Assembly: GCF_006345805.1 (NCBI RefSeq)
Contig: NC_042999.1
Span: forward strand, 8,990,001-9,054,000
Length of the DNA: 64,000 nucleotides
DNA from: Octopus sinensis
Taxonomy: Eukaryota
Direction of reading: 5' to 3'
Both the position numbers and the translations under genes were made by a program. Shown here piece by piece: positions 1 to 9,869 of the stretch (positions are counted from its first letter, which is position 1; every line of letters starts with the position of its first letter). The notes below the pieces were generated by a model. It saw nothing but the letters and a program-made list of their open reading frames with translations. It did no database searches and was not told the origin of the DNA.

Positions 1-251
1 CGTTTGTCTGTCCTTGGTTGTCCTCTCTGTGTTTAGCCCCTTGTGGGTAGTGAAGAAATAGGTATTTCGTCTGCCGCTACGTTCTGAGTTCAAATTCCGC
101 CGAGGTCGACTTTGCCTTTCATCCTTTCGAGGTCGATAAATTAAGTACCAGCTACGCACTGGGGTCAATGTAATCGACTGAATCCATTTGCCTGTCCTTG
201 TTTGTCCCCTCTATGTTTAGCCCCTTGTGGCCAATAAAGAAATAGGTATTT
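1..251 (+). mobile_element. SINE family A, tandem 3' parts (cut by the window start)
   Basis: B-box-like gagttcaaattcc and the shared body gaggtcgactttgcctttcatccttt...aaagaaataggt. Confidence 0.8.
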
Positions 252-399
252 ACGTCCATGTATCTACGTCAAACAGTTTCAGTTCGTAGTGTATTGGGCG
301 CTTCCTTCATCTGTCGAGGTCGATACAATAAGAACCTGTAATGTTCTTTTCACGACAGTCAAGTACAATCACGTCGTCCAAATATAAGGACCTGTGCTA

Positions 400-613
400 A
401 TATTTATATTTATAAAAGGCCTGAAATTTTGTGGGAGGGGCCCAGTCGATTAGATCGGCTCCAGTACACAACTGGTACTTAATCTATCGACCCCGAAAGG
501 ATGAAAGGCAAAGACGACCTCGGCGGAATTTGAATTCGGGACGTAAAGACAGACGATCTACCGCTAGGCATTTCGCCCGGAGTGTCAACGTTTCTGCCAG
601 CTCCTCGCCGCCT
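400..613 (-). mobile_element. SINE family A (variant tail)
   Basis: Head ggcggcgaggagctggcagaaacgttg on the minus strand. Confidence 0.75.
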
Positions 614-752
614 TCTAATATTTATATACTAATACTAAATGTGTGATGATGTCATGTGATCAGTTCAAGGGAGAGGTGGAGAGAGAGGGAGGGAGAAAAG
701 AGTTAGCGGTGAGAACCAAGAGAGTCGAAGAAAGAGGAGAGAGAGGCGGAGT

Positions 753-925
753 GAATGAGTGAGTGAGTGAGTGAGTGAGTGAGTAAGTGAGTGAGTGAGT
801 GAGTGAGAGAGTGAGTGAGTGAGTGAATGTGTGAGTGACTGAGTGAGTGAGTGAGTGAACGAGAGAGTGAGTGAATGAGTGAGTGAGTGAGTGAGTGAGT
901 GAGTGATGAGTGGGTGAGTGAGTGG
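753..925. repeat. (GTGA)n microsatellite
   Basis: Direct reading. Confidence 0.9.
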
Positions 926-1293
926 GTGTTAAGTGAAAGCAGTTAAATGATTTTAAAAGTGTAATAGAATGCGACAGACTTTAACAATAAAAGTTTATTT
1001 GTTGTGAAAGCTTTAAACGTTCGACCGTTTTTATACGTCCAATCCGTCAATGTGTCTAAGGGGTTGGATAGATTATCGACGGACAAGAAGCGGAAAGATG
1101 GAAATGTAGCAGGAGATCGAAATGTAGCAGATGGAAGTGAAATAACCTTTGCAAATAGCTGTGGATGTCACTTTCATCGTTTTGTACATTGCAGCCAACA
1201 GCCTGAGGCCATGCTGGATCACCGCAATTATTTCGTTTTTCATTTTTAAAAAAGGATTTCGCTTACAATGTTTACACTTTCTCAAGAATCAAA

Positions 1294-1696
1294 TACTCTT
1301 TTACTTGTTTCAGTCATTTGACTGCGACCATGCTGGAGCACCGCCTTTAGTCGAGCAAATCGACCCCGAGACTTATTCTTTGTAAGCCCAGTACTTATTT
1401 TATCGGTCTCTTTTGCCGAACCGCTATGTGACGGGGACGTAAACACACCAGCATCGGTTCTCAAGCAATGCTAGGGGTACAAACACAGACACACAAACAC
1501 ATACACATACATACATATACATATATATACATATATACGACAGCCTTCTTTCAGTTTCCGTCTACCAAATCCACTCACAAGGCTTTGGTCGGCCCGGGGC
1601 TATAGCAGAAGACACTTGCCCAAGATGCCACGCAGTGGGACTAAACCCGGAACCATGTGGTTGGTTAGCAAGCTACTTACCACACAGCCACTCCTG
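1294..1696 (-). mobile_element. SINE family B (tRNA head, internal TA/CA microsatellite, AAAGAGT tail)
   Basis: A box tggctgtgtggtaag, B box ggttt/cagtccc, and the conserved body ggcggtgctccagcatgg.cgcagtcaaatgactgaaac. Confidence 0.85.
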
Positions 1697-1822
1697 TTTC
1701 AGAAAAAAGTACAATTCCATTATACAATGTCACCGACCAAGCTATCAGATGTTGCTACACATCGCTGGTCACAATGCGCTTCGCATTGTTTTAGCCTTCA
1801 AATTACGCTACCCCGCTGGCCA

Positions 1823-2012
1823 ACAGAAGAAAGAGTGAGAGAAAGTTGGGACGAAAGAGTACAGCAGGGATCACCACCACCCCCTGCCGGAGCCTCTTGG
1901 AGCTTTAGGTGTTTTCGCTCAATAAACACACACAAAGCTCGGTCTGGGAATCGAAACCGCGATCCTACGACCGCGAGTCCGCTGCCCTAACCACTGGGCC
2001 ATTGCGCCTCCA
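1823..2012 (-). mobile_element. SINE family C, 5' part
   Basis: tRNA-like head with A box tggcccagtgg and B box ggtttcgattccc. Confidence 0.8.
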
Positions 2013-2060
2013 CTATACACTGTACAAATTAATATATTCCAATCTTCATGTGTGGGGAAG

Positions 2061-2434
2061 CACTCCGTCGGTTACGACGACGAGGGTTCCGGTTGATCCG
2101 ATCAACGGAACAGCCTGCTCGTGAAATTAACGTGTAAGTGGCTGAGCACTCCACAGACACGTGTACAACGTAGTTCTCGGGGATATTCAGCGTGACACAG
2201 AGAGTGACAAGCCCGGCCCCTTGAAATACAGGTGCAACAGAAACAGGAAGTAAGAGTGAGAGAAAGTTGTGGTGAAAGAGTACAGCAGGGATCACCACCA
2301 TCCCCTGCCGGAGCCTCGTGGAGCTTTAGGTGTTTTCGCTCAATAGACACACACAAAGCTCGGTCTGGGAATCGAAACCGCGATCCTACGACCGCGAGTC
2401 CGCTGCCCTAACCACTGGGCTATTGCGCCTCCAC
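2061..2434 (-). mobile_element. SINE family C, full length
   Basis: Head, body and tail ending ...ccctcgtcgtcgtaaccgacggagtgc. Confidence 0.85.
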
Positions 2435-3557
2435 TATACACTGTACAAATTAATATATTCCGATCTTCATGTGTAGAAACAGTCATGATGCCAATGCCGA
2501 GTTTGTCTTTCATTAAGAACAAATTTATTTCAGAATTGTTCCATGCAGTAATATTTACGAGTTTATTGGGCATCTGCAGACAACATGGCCGGATTAATTG
2601 GATGACATCGGGATTTAGAGTTGGAATATTTATAGAATGTGTTCATATTGAAACGTTTCCAACAGCTGTGTATGCGAAGACTTTCATACATTGTTAACAG
2701 AATTTATAGTTGGAATGGATAAATTTAACAGGCTTTTTTTAAATAACTTGTAGCTTTTAACAACGATGATACAGATTCTAGTCGATAAGAACTGCTTAAA
2801 TAATCAGAAACTCGGTGATGTCTTTCATTTGCAAAATTGTCCACGTCCGTGAAAAGATAATGTTCCGAATTGAAACTGTGATTTACTTTATTGGTAATCC
2901 TCAGCTTCGATATAGCAGAGAGATGGACTCCACCTAAGTAACTTGCATTGAGGTTATAAAGTCGTGGTTAAATGTTTAGAACATAGGTCTGAAAATTAGA
3001 ATTTTTATATTAAATACACAAAGGGATATTTGAAGTGAATTGTGCATGAGCATAACGTAACAAAATTTTTTTATTTTGTTTTTAGTGTTGCTGTGAAACA
3101 GAAACAAGTTATGGAACACTCCGCCTGCTTAAAGTGTCGTTCGATCCGAACGAAAATCTTTGAATTCCATGTGGTTACATAGATTAGAAGCAATTCGTTG
3201 TAATTATTGAGTTGGTGCATAAGTATTGCGGCTTTTTTTTTTTTTCAACAAATATTATTAATCAAAAACAATAACAATATTTAGTGAAAATATCTTTAAA
3301 TGACAGCCTGACCGTCTGCCAAACAAATGTGGAGCAGTAATTGAAGTAGATAGTGAATATGCTCCGGAATAATCATTTAAAGATGTTTTTCTTACATGTT
3401 GCTATTGTTTTTGTTGAATAAAATTTGTTGAAAATAAGCCGCAATACTTATGCACCAACCCAATAAAAATTACAGTTCTATATTTAAGAGATGAGGAATT
3501 ATTTATATTATTTACATTATTTACATTTGACGGATATGTGTTTTCATCTTGTTTGTT

Positions 3558-3606
3558 GTTAACAACGTTTCGGCTGACATACTCTCCAGCCTTCATCAGG
3601 TGTCTT
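3558..3606 (-). ncRNA. Minimal type I hammerhead ribozyme motif
   Basis: CUGAUGA-A-GGCUG[gagaguaugu]CAGCC-GAAAC-GUU, with palindromic ACGU in place of stem III. Stem I is weak in this copy. Confidence 0.7.
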
Positions 3607-3668
3607 GGGAAAATTTCGAACCTGGGTTCTCATTCCTGGGGTATTTTTCGATGTTATTATTATTATTA

Positions 3669-3706
<38 letters not shown>

Positions 3707-3730
3707 TATTATCATTATTATTCAGGTCAC

Positions 3731-3797
3731 TGCTTGGAATCGAACTCGGAATCTCGGGGTTAGTATCCCGCGCTCTTAACCACTACACCATATACCC
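3731..3797 (-). mobile_element. tRNA-derived head of a SINE-like element with a hammerhead-bearing tail
   Basis: Minus strand: gggtatatggtgtagtggttaagagcgcgggatactaaccccgagattccgagttcgattccaagca. A box TGGTGTAGTGG and B box GAGTTCGATTCC. Confidence 0.7.
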
Positions 3798-3920
3798 GTG
3801 ACCTGAATAACAAGAACAAGAACAAGAAGAACAACAACAACAATAATAATAATAATAATGATGATGATTATGATAACATCGAATAGCTTAGGAATGAGAA
3901 CCCAGGTTCGAAATTTCTCC

Positions 3921-3967
3921 AAGACACCAATGAAGGCTGGAGGGTATATCAGCCGAAACGTTGTCTT
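3921..3967 (+). ncRNA. Degenerate hammerhead motif (inverted partner of 3558-3606)
   Basis: Stem II and GAAACGUU are intact, but the core reads CCAAUGA instead of CUGAUGA. Confidence 0.5.
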
Positions 3968-4661
3968 AACAACAAACAAGATGAGGACAAATATCCGTCA
4001 AATGTAAATAATGTAAATAATGTAAACAATGTACCTATAGAAAATAGAGAAAATGAGAAATTATTTGGATCTGTGTTTGCTAACTCATCAAGAAACAACC
4101 ATATTGCAGACTCCTTTCCCGCGACAGATAGCAGAATCCCTTGCAGGAGGTGTTAATTGAATCACGAAAACTAATTAGCGAGAGAGTGAATGCTTCAAGC
4201 CATGCGGCTTAGTTTCTAATCTTCATTAGTAACAAATTCATTTTCAATTATGAAGCTAATAACCTATCTCAAACAGTTATAACACGTCCTTTTACTTCTG
4301 CCTCTGAAGTTATAGAATACGGACCTTTTGGCGGGATCTCCCTCTTCCTCATTTCTGTGTTATCCTACCGCACACACCAATCATTGCTTCACATTACTGA
4401 AAACTACACCATTATAATTTCCAATTTGCACACTTTTACACCCAAACACATAAAAGATACTCACCATTCCTCATTTGTGCACATCTTAAAACGTGGACGA
4501 ACTCTCATATATTCACACACAACTGTTCCATCTCAATTCTTTACTCTCATTTAGATACACATAAACTAGTCTCCTAAACCCTTGGCCATCTTCTAAATCA
4601 GTGACCGTTTTGTTCCTTTTTTCTTCAACGTCTTTTTTCTCTTTATAACTTTTCTGATGCA

Positions 4662-4699
4662 TTTCTTCTGATGAAGGAATGCTGTCCGAAACGTTAAAG
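4662..4699 (+). ncRNA. Minimal hammerhead motif
   Basis: CUGAUGA-A-GGA[augcug]UCC-GAAAC-GUU-aaag. Stem I is short. Confidence 0.55.
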
Positions 4700-4760
4700 C
4701 CTTTTCTCTTCTTTTAAGCGCTAAACTAATACAATATTTATCAAAATCTTCCTTCATATA

Positions 4761-4974
4761 CTCTCTTTTACATGTTTCAGTCATTTGACTTCGGCCATGC
4801 TGGAGTACCGCCTTTAGTCGACCAAATCGACCCCAGGACTTATTCTTTGTAAGCCTAGTACTTATTCTATCGTTCTCTTTTGCCGAACCGCTAAGTTTCG
4901 TGGACATAGACACGCCAGTATCGGTTGTCAATCGATGTTGGGGGGAAAAACACACACACAAACACACACGCGCG

Positions 4975-5022
<48 letters not shown>

Positions 5023-5186
5023 TACGACAGGCTTCTTTCAGTTTCCGTCAACCAAATCCACTCACAAGGCTTTGGTCAGCCCGAGGCTATAGTAGAAGAC
5101 ACTTGCCTAAGGTGCCACGCAATGGGACTGAACCCGGAACCATGTGGTTGGTAAGCAAGCTACTTACCACACAGCCACTCCTGCGC
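4761..5186 (-). mobile_element. SINE family B
   Basis: Full-length match to 1294-1696. Confidence 0.85.
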
Positions 5187-5627
5187 ATATGTATGTTGTT
5201 TTAATTCCTTTTGCTTTTGACAGTTATTGGCACCGAAATCAGTCTTCAGAAAATCAGACTGTCTCTCCTTTAATGGTATGTCATTTTTAGAGACCCAGCA
5301 TAGTAACTCTCAGTACCCAGTTGTAGCCCCTATCCACTTGCACAAACATCGCGCAATATTTGTCAGTTCGACCACGTGATCCGAAAGAACCAATGCGAAC
5401 AAGCCTTACATATTATCCAGTGGAAGCTATTCTTAACTAGTAACTGCAAACGAATTACTACACAGAAGAACCAGATCCACCAAAAGTATATTTTTCACTT
5501 CCGTGAAACTTGAAGGAATGGCAGCCTATGGACAATCTGGTTATATAGAGAGAAAGGCATTTTGTGCTTCGTTTTTACTCGTATTTCTCTACATATGTAT
5601 CTACCTCTCAGTCTGTCGCAAACACAC

Positions 5628-6038
5628 TTTACTCTTTTACTCTTTTAGTTGTTTCAGTCATTTGACTGCGGCCATGCTGGAGTACCGCCTTTAATCGAGC
5701 AACTCAACCCCGGGACTTATTCTTTTGTAAGCCCAGTACTTATTCTATCAGTCTCTTTTGCCGAACCGCTAAGTGACGGGGACATAAACACACAAGCATC
5801 GGTTGTTAAGCAATGCTCGGGGGACAATCACAGACACACAAACACACACACGCATATATATATATACATATATACGACCGGCTTCTTTCAGTTTCCGTCT
5901 GCCAAATCCACTCACAAGGCATTGGTCGGCCCGAGGCTATAGTAGAAGACACTTGCCCAAGATGCCACGCAGTGGGACTGAACCCGGAACCATGTGGTTG
6001 GTTAGCAAGCTACTTACCACACAGCCACTCCTACGCCT
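5628..6038 (-). mobile_element. SINE family B
   Basis: Full-length match. Confidence 0.85.
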
Positions 6039-6419
6039 ATCTGTGCTGATCGACCGATACACTCACAGACAAACGCAGGCACACACGCCTAAGGGCACAC
6101 ACACACACACATGCACACTGCGTTTTCTTTGGCAAATTATCAATGCACAAAGTTCCTTTTGTCTTGATGTGGTTAAATCTGATGCTTGACTTCTAATTAT
6201 TCTGCAATTTAGTTTTGTTAACCCCCCCACCACCACCAGCATCCTTCCTTTTTCCTCCCTTCCCTTCCCATCTCAGTCAACTACGATCAGTTGACAATGA
6301 TTTTGCGATGTTCTTAACATAGCGGAATAAATTCCGAAAATGGTTCTTCGTCTTTCACTCACCATCGATGGCTTCTCCTTGTGCTTATCTTTCAATATCT
6401 CATTCACCTCCATCCCGGA

Positions 6420-6839
6420 ATACATACATACATACATACATACATACATACATACATACACATACATACATACATACATACATACACATACATACATACA
6501 GAAACACACACACACACATACATACATACATACATATATTACATACATACACACACACATACATACACACATACATGCATACATACATACATACATACAT
6601 ACATACAGAAAGACACACATACACACACATATATATATACATACGTATGTCTGTGTGCGTGTGTACCTTCTTCTTACACTCCCCCTCTCTCTCTCTCTCT
6701 ATACATATATATATATATATGTGTGTGTGTGTATATATGTATATATATATATGTATATATATATATACGTATATATATGTATATATATATATAAATATAT
6801 ATATATGTATATATATATATATGTATGTATATATACCTA

Positions 6840-6870
<31 letters not shown>

Positions 6871-6885
6871 ATGTGTGTGTGTTTA
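6420..6885. repeat. Compound (TACA)n/(CA)n/(TA)n microsatellite
   Basis: Direct reading. Confidence 0.9.
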
Positions 6886-7199
6886 CATATGATTGCCAAT
6901 CATCAGTTGTCTTTGATATGGTTACAAAACGTCGTTAAAAGCAGAAGAGCTTTAAGTTCTAATGAAACAAAGGGAGATTGCAGGGAATTTGAAATAGCGA
7001 TGGCTTAAGTAGGATCCAGGAAAACAGGGAAAGAAAACACGAAGTTACGAGCGAAGAGAATTGATTGATAAACAATGAATTCAGAGCAACACGTAAAGAG
7101 CCATACAGAAGCAACTGCATATACAAACAGAAGCGTGTATGCATGTACACAAATACATACATACATACATACATACACATACATACATACATACATACA

Positions 7200-7235
<36 letters not shown>

Positions 7236-7311
7236 TATATATATGATAGATCGCTAGCTCCTACACGCATTTTTTCTCTCCTTCTTTCTCTCCTTGTTTC
7301 TTTTCTGTGTA

Positions 7312-7349
7312 TCTTTCTGTCGAAGAGCGTAGGCTCGAAACGTTAAAGA
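7312..7349 (+). ncRNA. Minimal hammerhead motif with a core substitution
   Basis: ucuuu-CUGUCGA-A-GAGC[guag]GCUC-GAAAC-GUU-aaaga. Stem I is a perfect 5 bp, but A6 is replaced by U. Confidence 0.65.
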
Positions 7350-7436
7350 CTCTTTTTCTATTTCTATATACTAATACATTTATTTGTTTGTACTCCATCT
7401 GCCTTCGTCTTTTGTTTCTTTTCGTAAACTTTCCCG

Positions 7437-7500
<64 letters not shown>

Positions 7501-7542
7501 GAAAGAAGTGAGTCGAACGACGATTTTAACAAAATTCCTTTA

Positions 7543-7602
7543 CTCTCGACACATGTTTCGAAGGAATAAAGGGTGCATTATGCCGCCATCTCATCAGGAA
7601 AG
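7543..7602 (-). ncRNA. Hammerhead motif inside a Penelope-style inverted repeat (arms 7495-7530 and 7739-7774)
   Basis: cuuuc-CUGAUGA-[31-nt imperfect stem II]-GAAAC-augu-GUC-gagag. Stem I pairs over 5 bp including one G-U. Confidence 0.55.
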
Positions 7603-7964
7603 ACAAAGAACTTATGTCTGCACCATGAAGAGCAAAAACTTTTAGATGACTGCCCACATGATGTCCACAGTAATAATGAGTGTTTCTTTAAAATATCCCG
7701 TTATAAGGAATGACGTCAAAGTTGGTTGGATGGAGAATGTTAAAATCGTCGTTCGACTCCATTCTTTCATTTATTCATAGTTAAGAAAAACGCACAAATT
7801 TACACACGAGAACACGGATCCCTGCCCTTGGCATATAGCTTCAACCGTGTTTTCTGACGTGAATTTGCTACCCAGGTATCGGTTAACCGAATTATCCATA
7901 CTAGGATAATTCATTCACCTTCTTATATATATATTTATATATGTATATATATGAATATATATTC

Positions 7965-8160
7965 TTTTATTCTTCTACTTGTTTCAATCATTTTCATTGC
8001 AGCCATGCTGGGGCACCGCATTTAGTCGAACAAATCGAACCCAGGAATTATTATTTGTACGCCAAGCACTTATTTTGTCAGTGTCTTTTGCTGAGCCGCT
8101 TGATACACACCAGCGTCTGTTATCAAGTGATAATGGGGGGAGGGGACAAACACAGACATA
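7965..8160 (-). mobile_element. SINE family B, 3' half, diverged
   Basis: Body match only. Confidence 0.7.
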
Positions 8161-8185
8161 CAAATACATACATACATACATATAT

Positions 8186-8236
<51 letters not shown>

Positions 8237-8237
<1 letters not shown>

Positions 8238-9280
8238 TAGCAGAGATACCCGGCGTTGCCCGGTTATATTCAATTGAAGAATTAGACTTTTCTGTTATAT
8301 TTTCTGAATGAACTGGAATATCTATGTTTCGAATTTCATAAAAATTGCAGATGAGGGTTATTTCCCTCTTTACACACCTTAAAAAAATTGTAGTCGTGCC
8401 ACATGGAAACCAAAAGACGAATGATCATAATAAGCACTCAGTTACCCTACCCTAGTCGTTACCACTCCCAATGTAGGATTCCTCACCATCCAGGTGACAG
8501 GCACAGCCGTAAGATGCATTACGAATCTATAGCAATTGGAAGGGCGTGACCCAACTGAAATCAACATTAACAACTGTGTGACGTGAGGGCTTATGAGAAA
8601 TTAAAGTGTCACCTCTGGAGTTTGCAAATGACCACTATACTGATACGTAACTGGACAGAATGAATTTAAAATCTATAAATGTTTTGAATAACCAGTCACT
8701 CATCTGGGAAGGCCTTGTAATCAATGTTACCATCTGGGGACTATGTTTGACCGAGTGATAATAAAAGAACTGAAAGGAGGTCTGCAATCAAATAACTTTA
8801 CTCAACACTTTGCAACTGAATCAGTTGAGACAGAGATGCCTCTCATTTACTTAACAATTTATGCACCACATTGCAGAAATCACAATGTAAGTGTATGTCA
8901 AAGCAAACTGTTACACTGTTGTACAACTGAATTAGAAATAATGCCCAACTTTTATGCTCTTGTAACCCTCCAGCTTCCAAGAGCACAACTGTATTCGTTT
9001 TTGCTTTGATAAAATGACAAAATTGTGGGTGTTAAGTCCCCATGGAGGGGTCTTTCTAACTTTGTAAGAAGATGAAATTTTATAAATATTACTTCATTTG
9101 TGTCTAATATCTATGGTTAAAATTTCATCAACAGCAAAAATATATGAATTGTCCAGGGGGTTATGGCTCTTATGCTTAGAATATAATTTCCAAATTTCAT
9201 AAAGATCCATTCAGTACTTTTGACTTAATTTTGGATCATAAAAGAAATCACTAAAATTTGGGAGTTAAGGCTCCCATTAG

Positions 9281-9290
<10 letters not shown>
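8237..9290 (-). mobile_element. Probable non-autonomous Helitron, related 3' end
   Basis: The 3' end ccgg-gcaacg-ccgg hairpin + CTAG|T at 8237-8263 resembles the 31877 element. The 5' boundary is uncertain and is probably lost in (TA)n near 9290. Confidence 0.5.
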
Positions 9291-9315
<25 letters not shown>

Positions 9316-9347
9316 ACTTCGTAGACAGGAACTGAAACAAATCAATC

Positions 9348-9392
<45 letters not shown>

Positions 9393-9594
9393 GTAAGTGT
9401 GTGTGTGTCTTTGTGTCTGTGTTTCGCCCTCATCACTGCTTCACAACTGCTGTTCATTTATTTACATCCACAAAACTTAGTGGTTTCATAAGAACAAACT
9501 AATAGAATAAGTACTAGGCTTATCAACATAAAAAAAGCACTATGCTGTGTCTCATATTTTTGTTTGCCCACTCAGTTGTATCTGTCAATTTATC

Positions 9595-9631
<37 letters not shown>

Positions 9632-9636
9632 ATATA

Positions 9637-9680
<44 letters not shown>

Positions 9681-9869
9681 CGTTTATATATTTGTTGTGC
9701 AAGATTTTTATGTGAAGTCGTGTGTTGAAACAGATATTGTATATTTCGGAATGGTCATTTTGCCAGTTTAGCCAATAAAAACACACGCACTATATATTTG
9801 GTGTTATTTTGCTTCAGTGTTATTTATTTTTTACATTAATCTTAATCTTATTTCGGCAGAGTTCTTTCG

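Noticed and set aside
1616-1990. Recurrent peptide MPRSGTEPGTMWLVSKLLTTQPLL in many ORFs, suggesting a gene family
   Set aside because: It is the antisense translation of the SINE family B head.
3731-3797. Functional tRNA gene (also considered for the heads of SINE families A-C)
   Set aside because: A and B boxes are present, but there is no complete acceptor stem or T-run terminator, and each head continues into a repeat body.
6273-7346. Long ORFs of YI/HT/CV/MYVC dipeptide repeats here and throughout the window
   Set aside because: They are stop-free readings of (TA)n, (CA)n and (TACA)n microsatellites.
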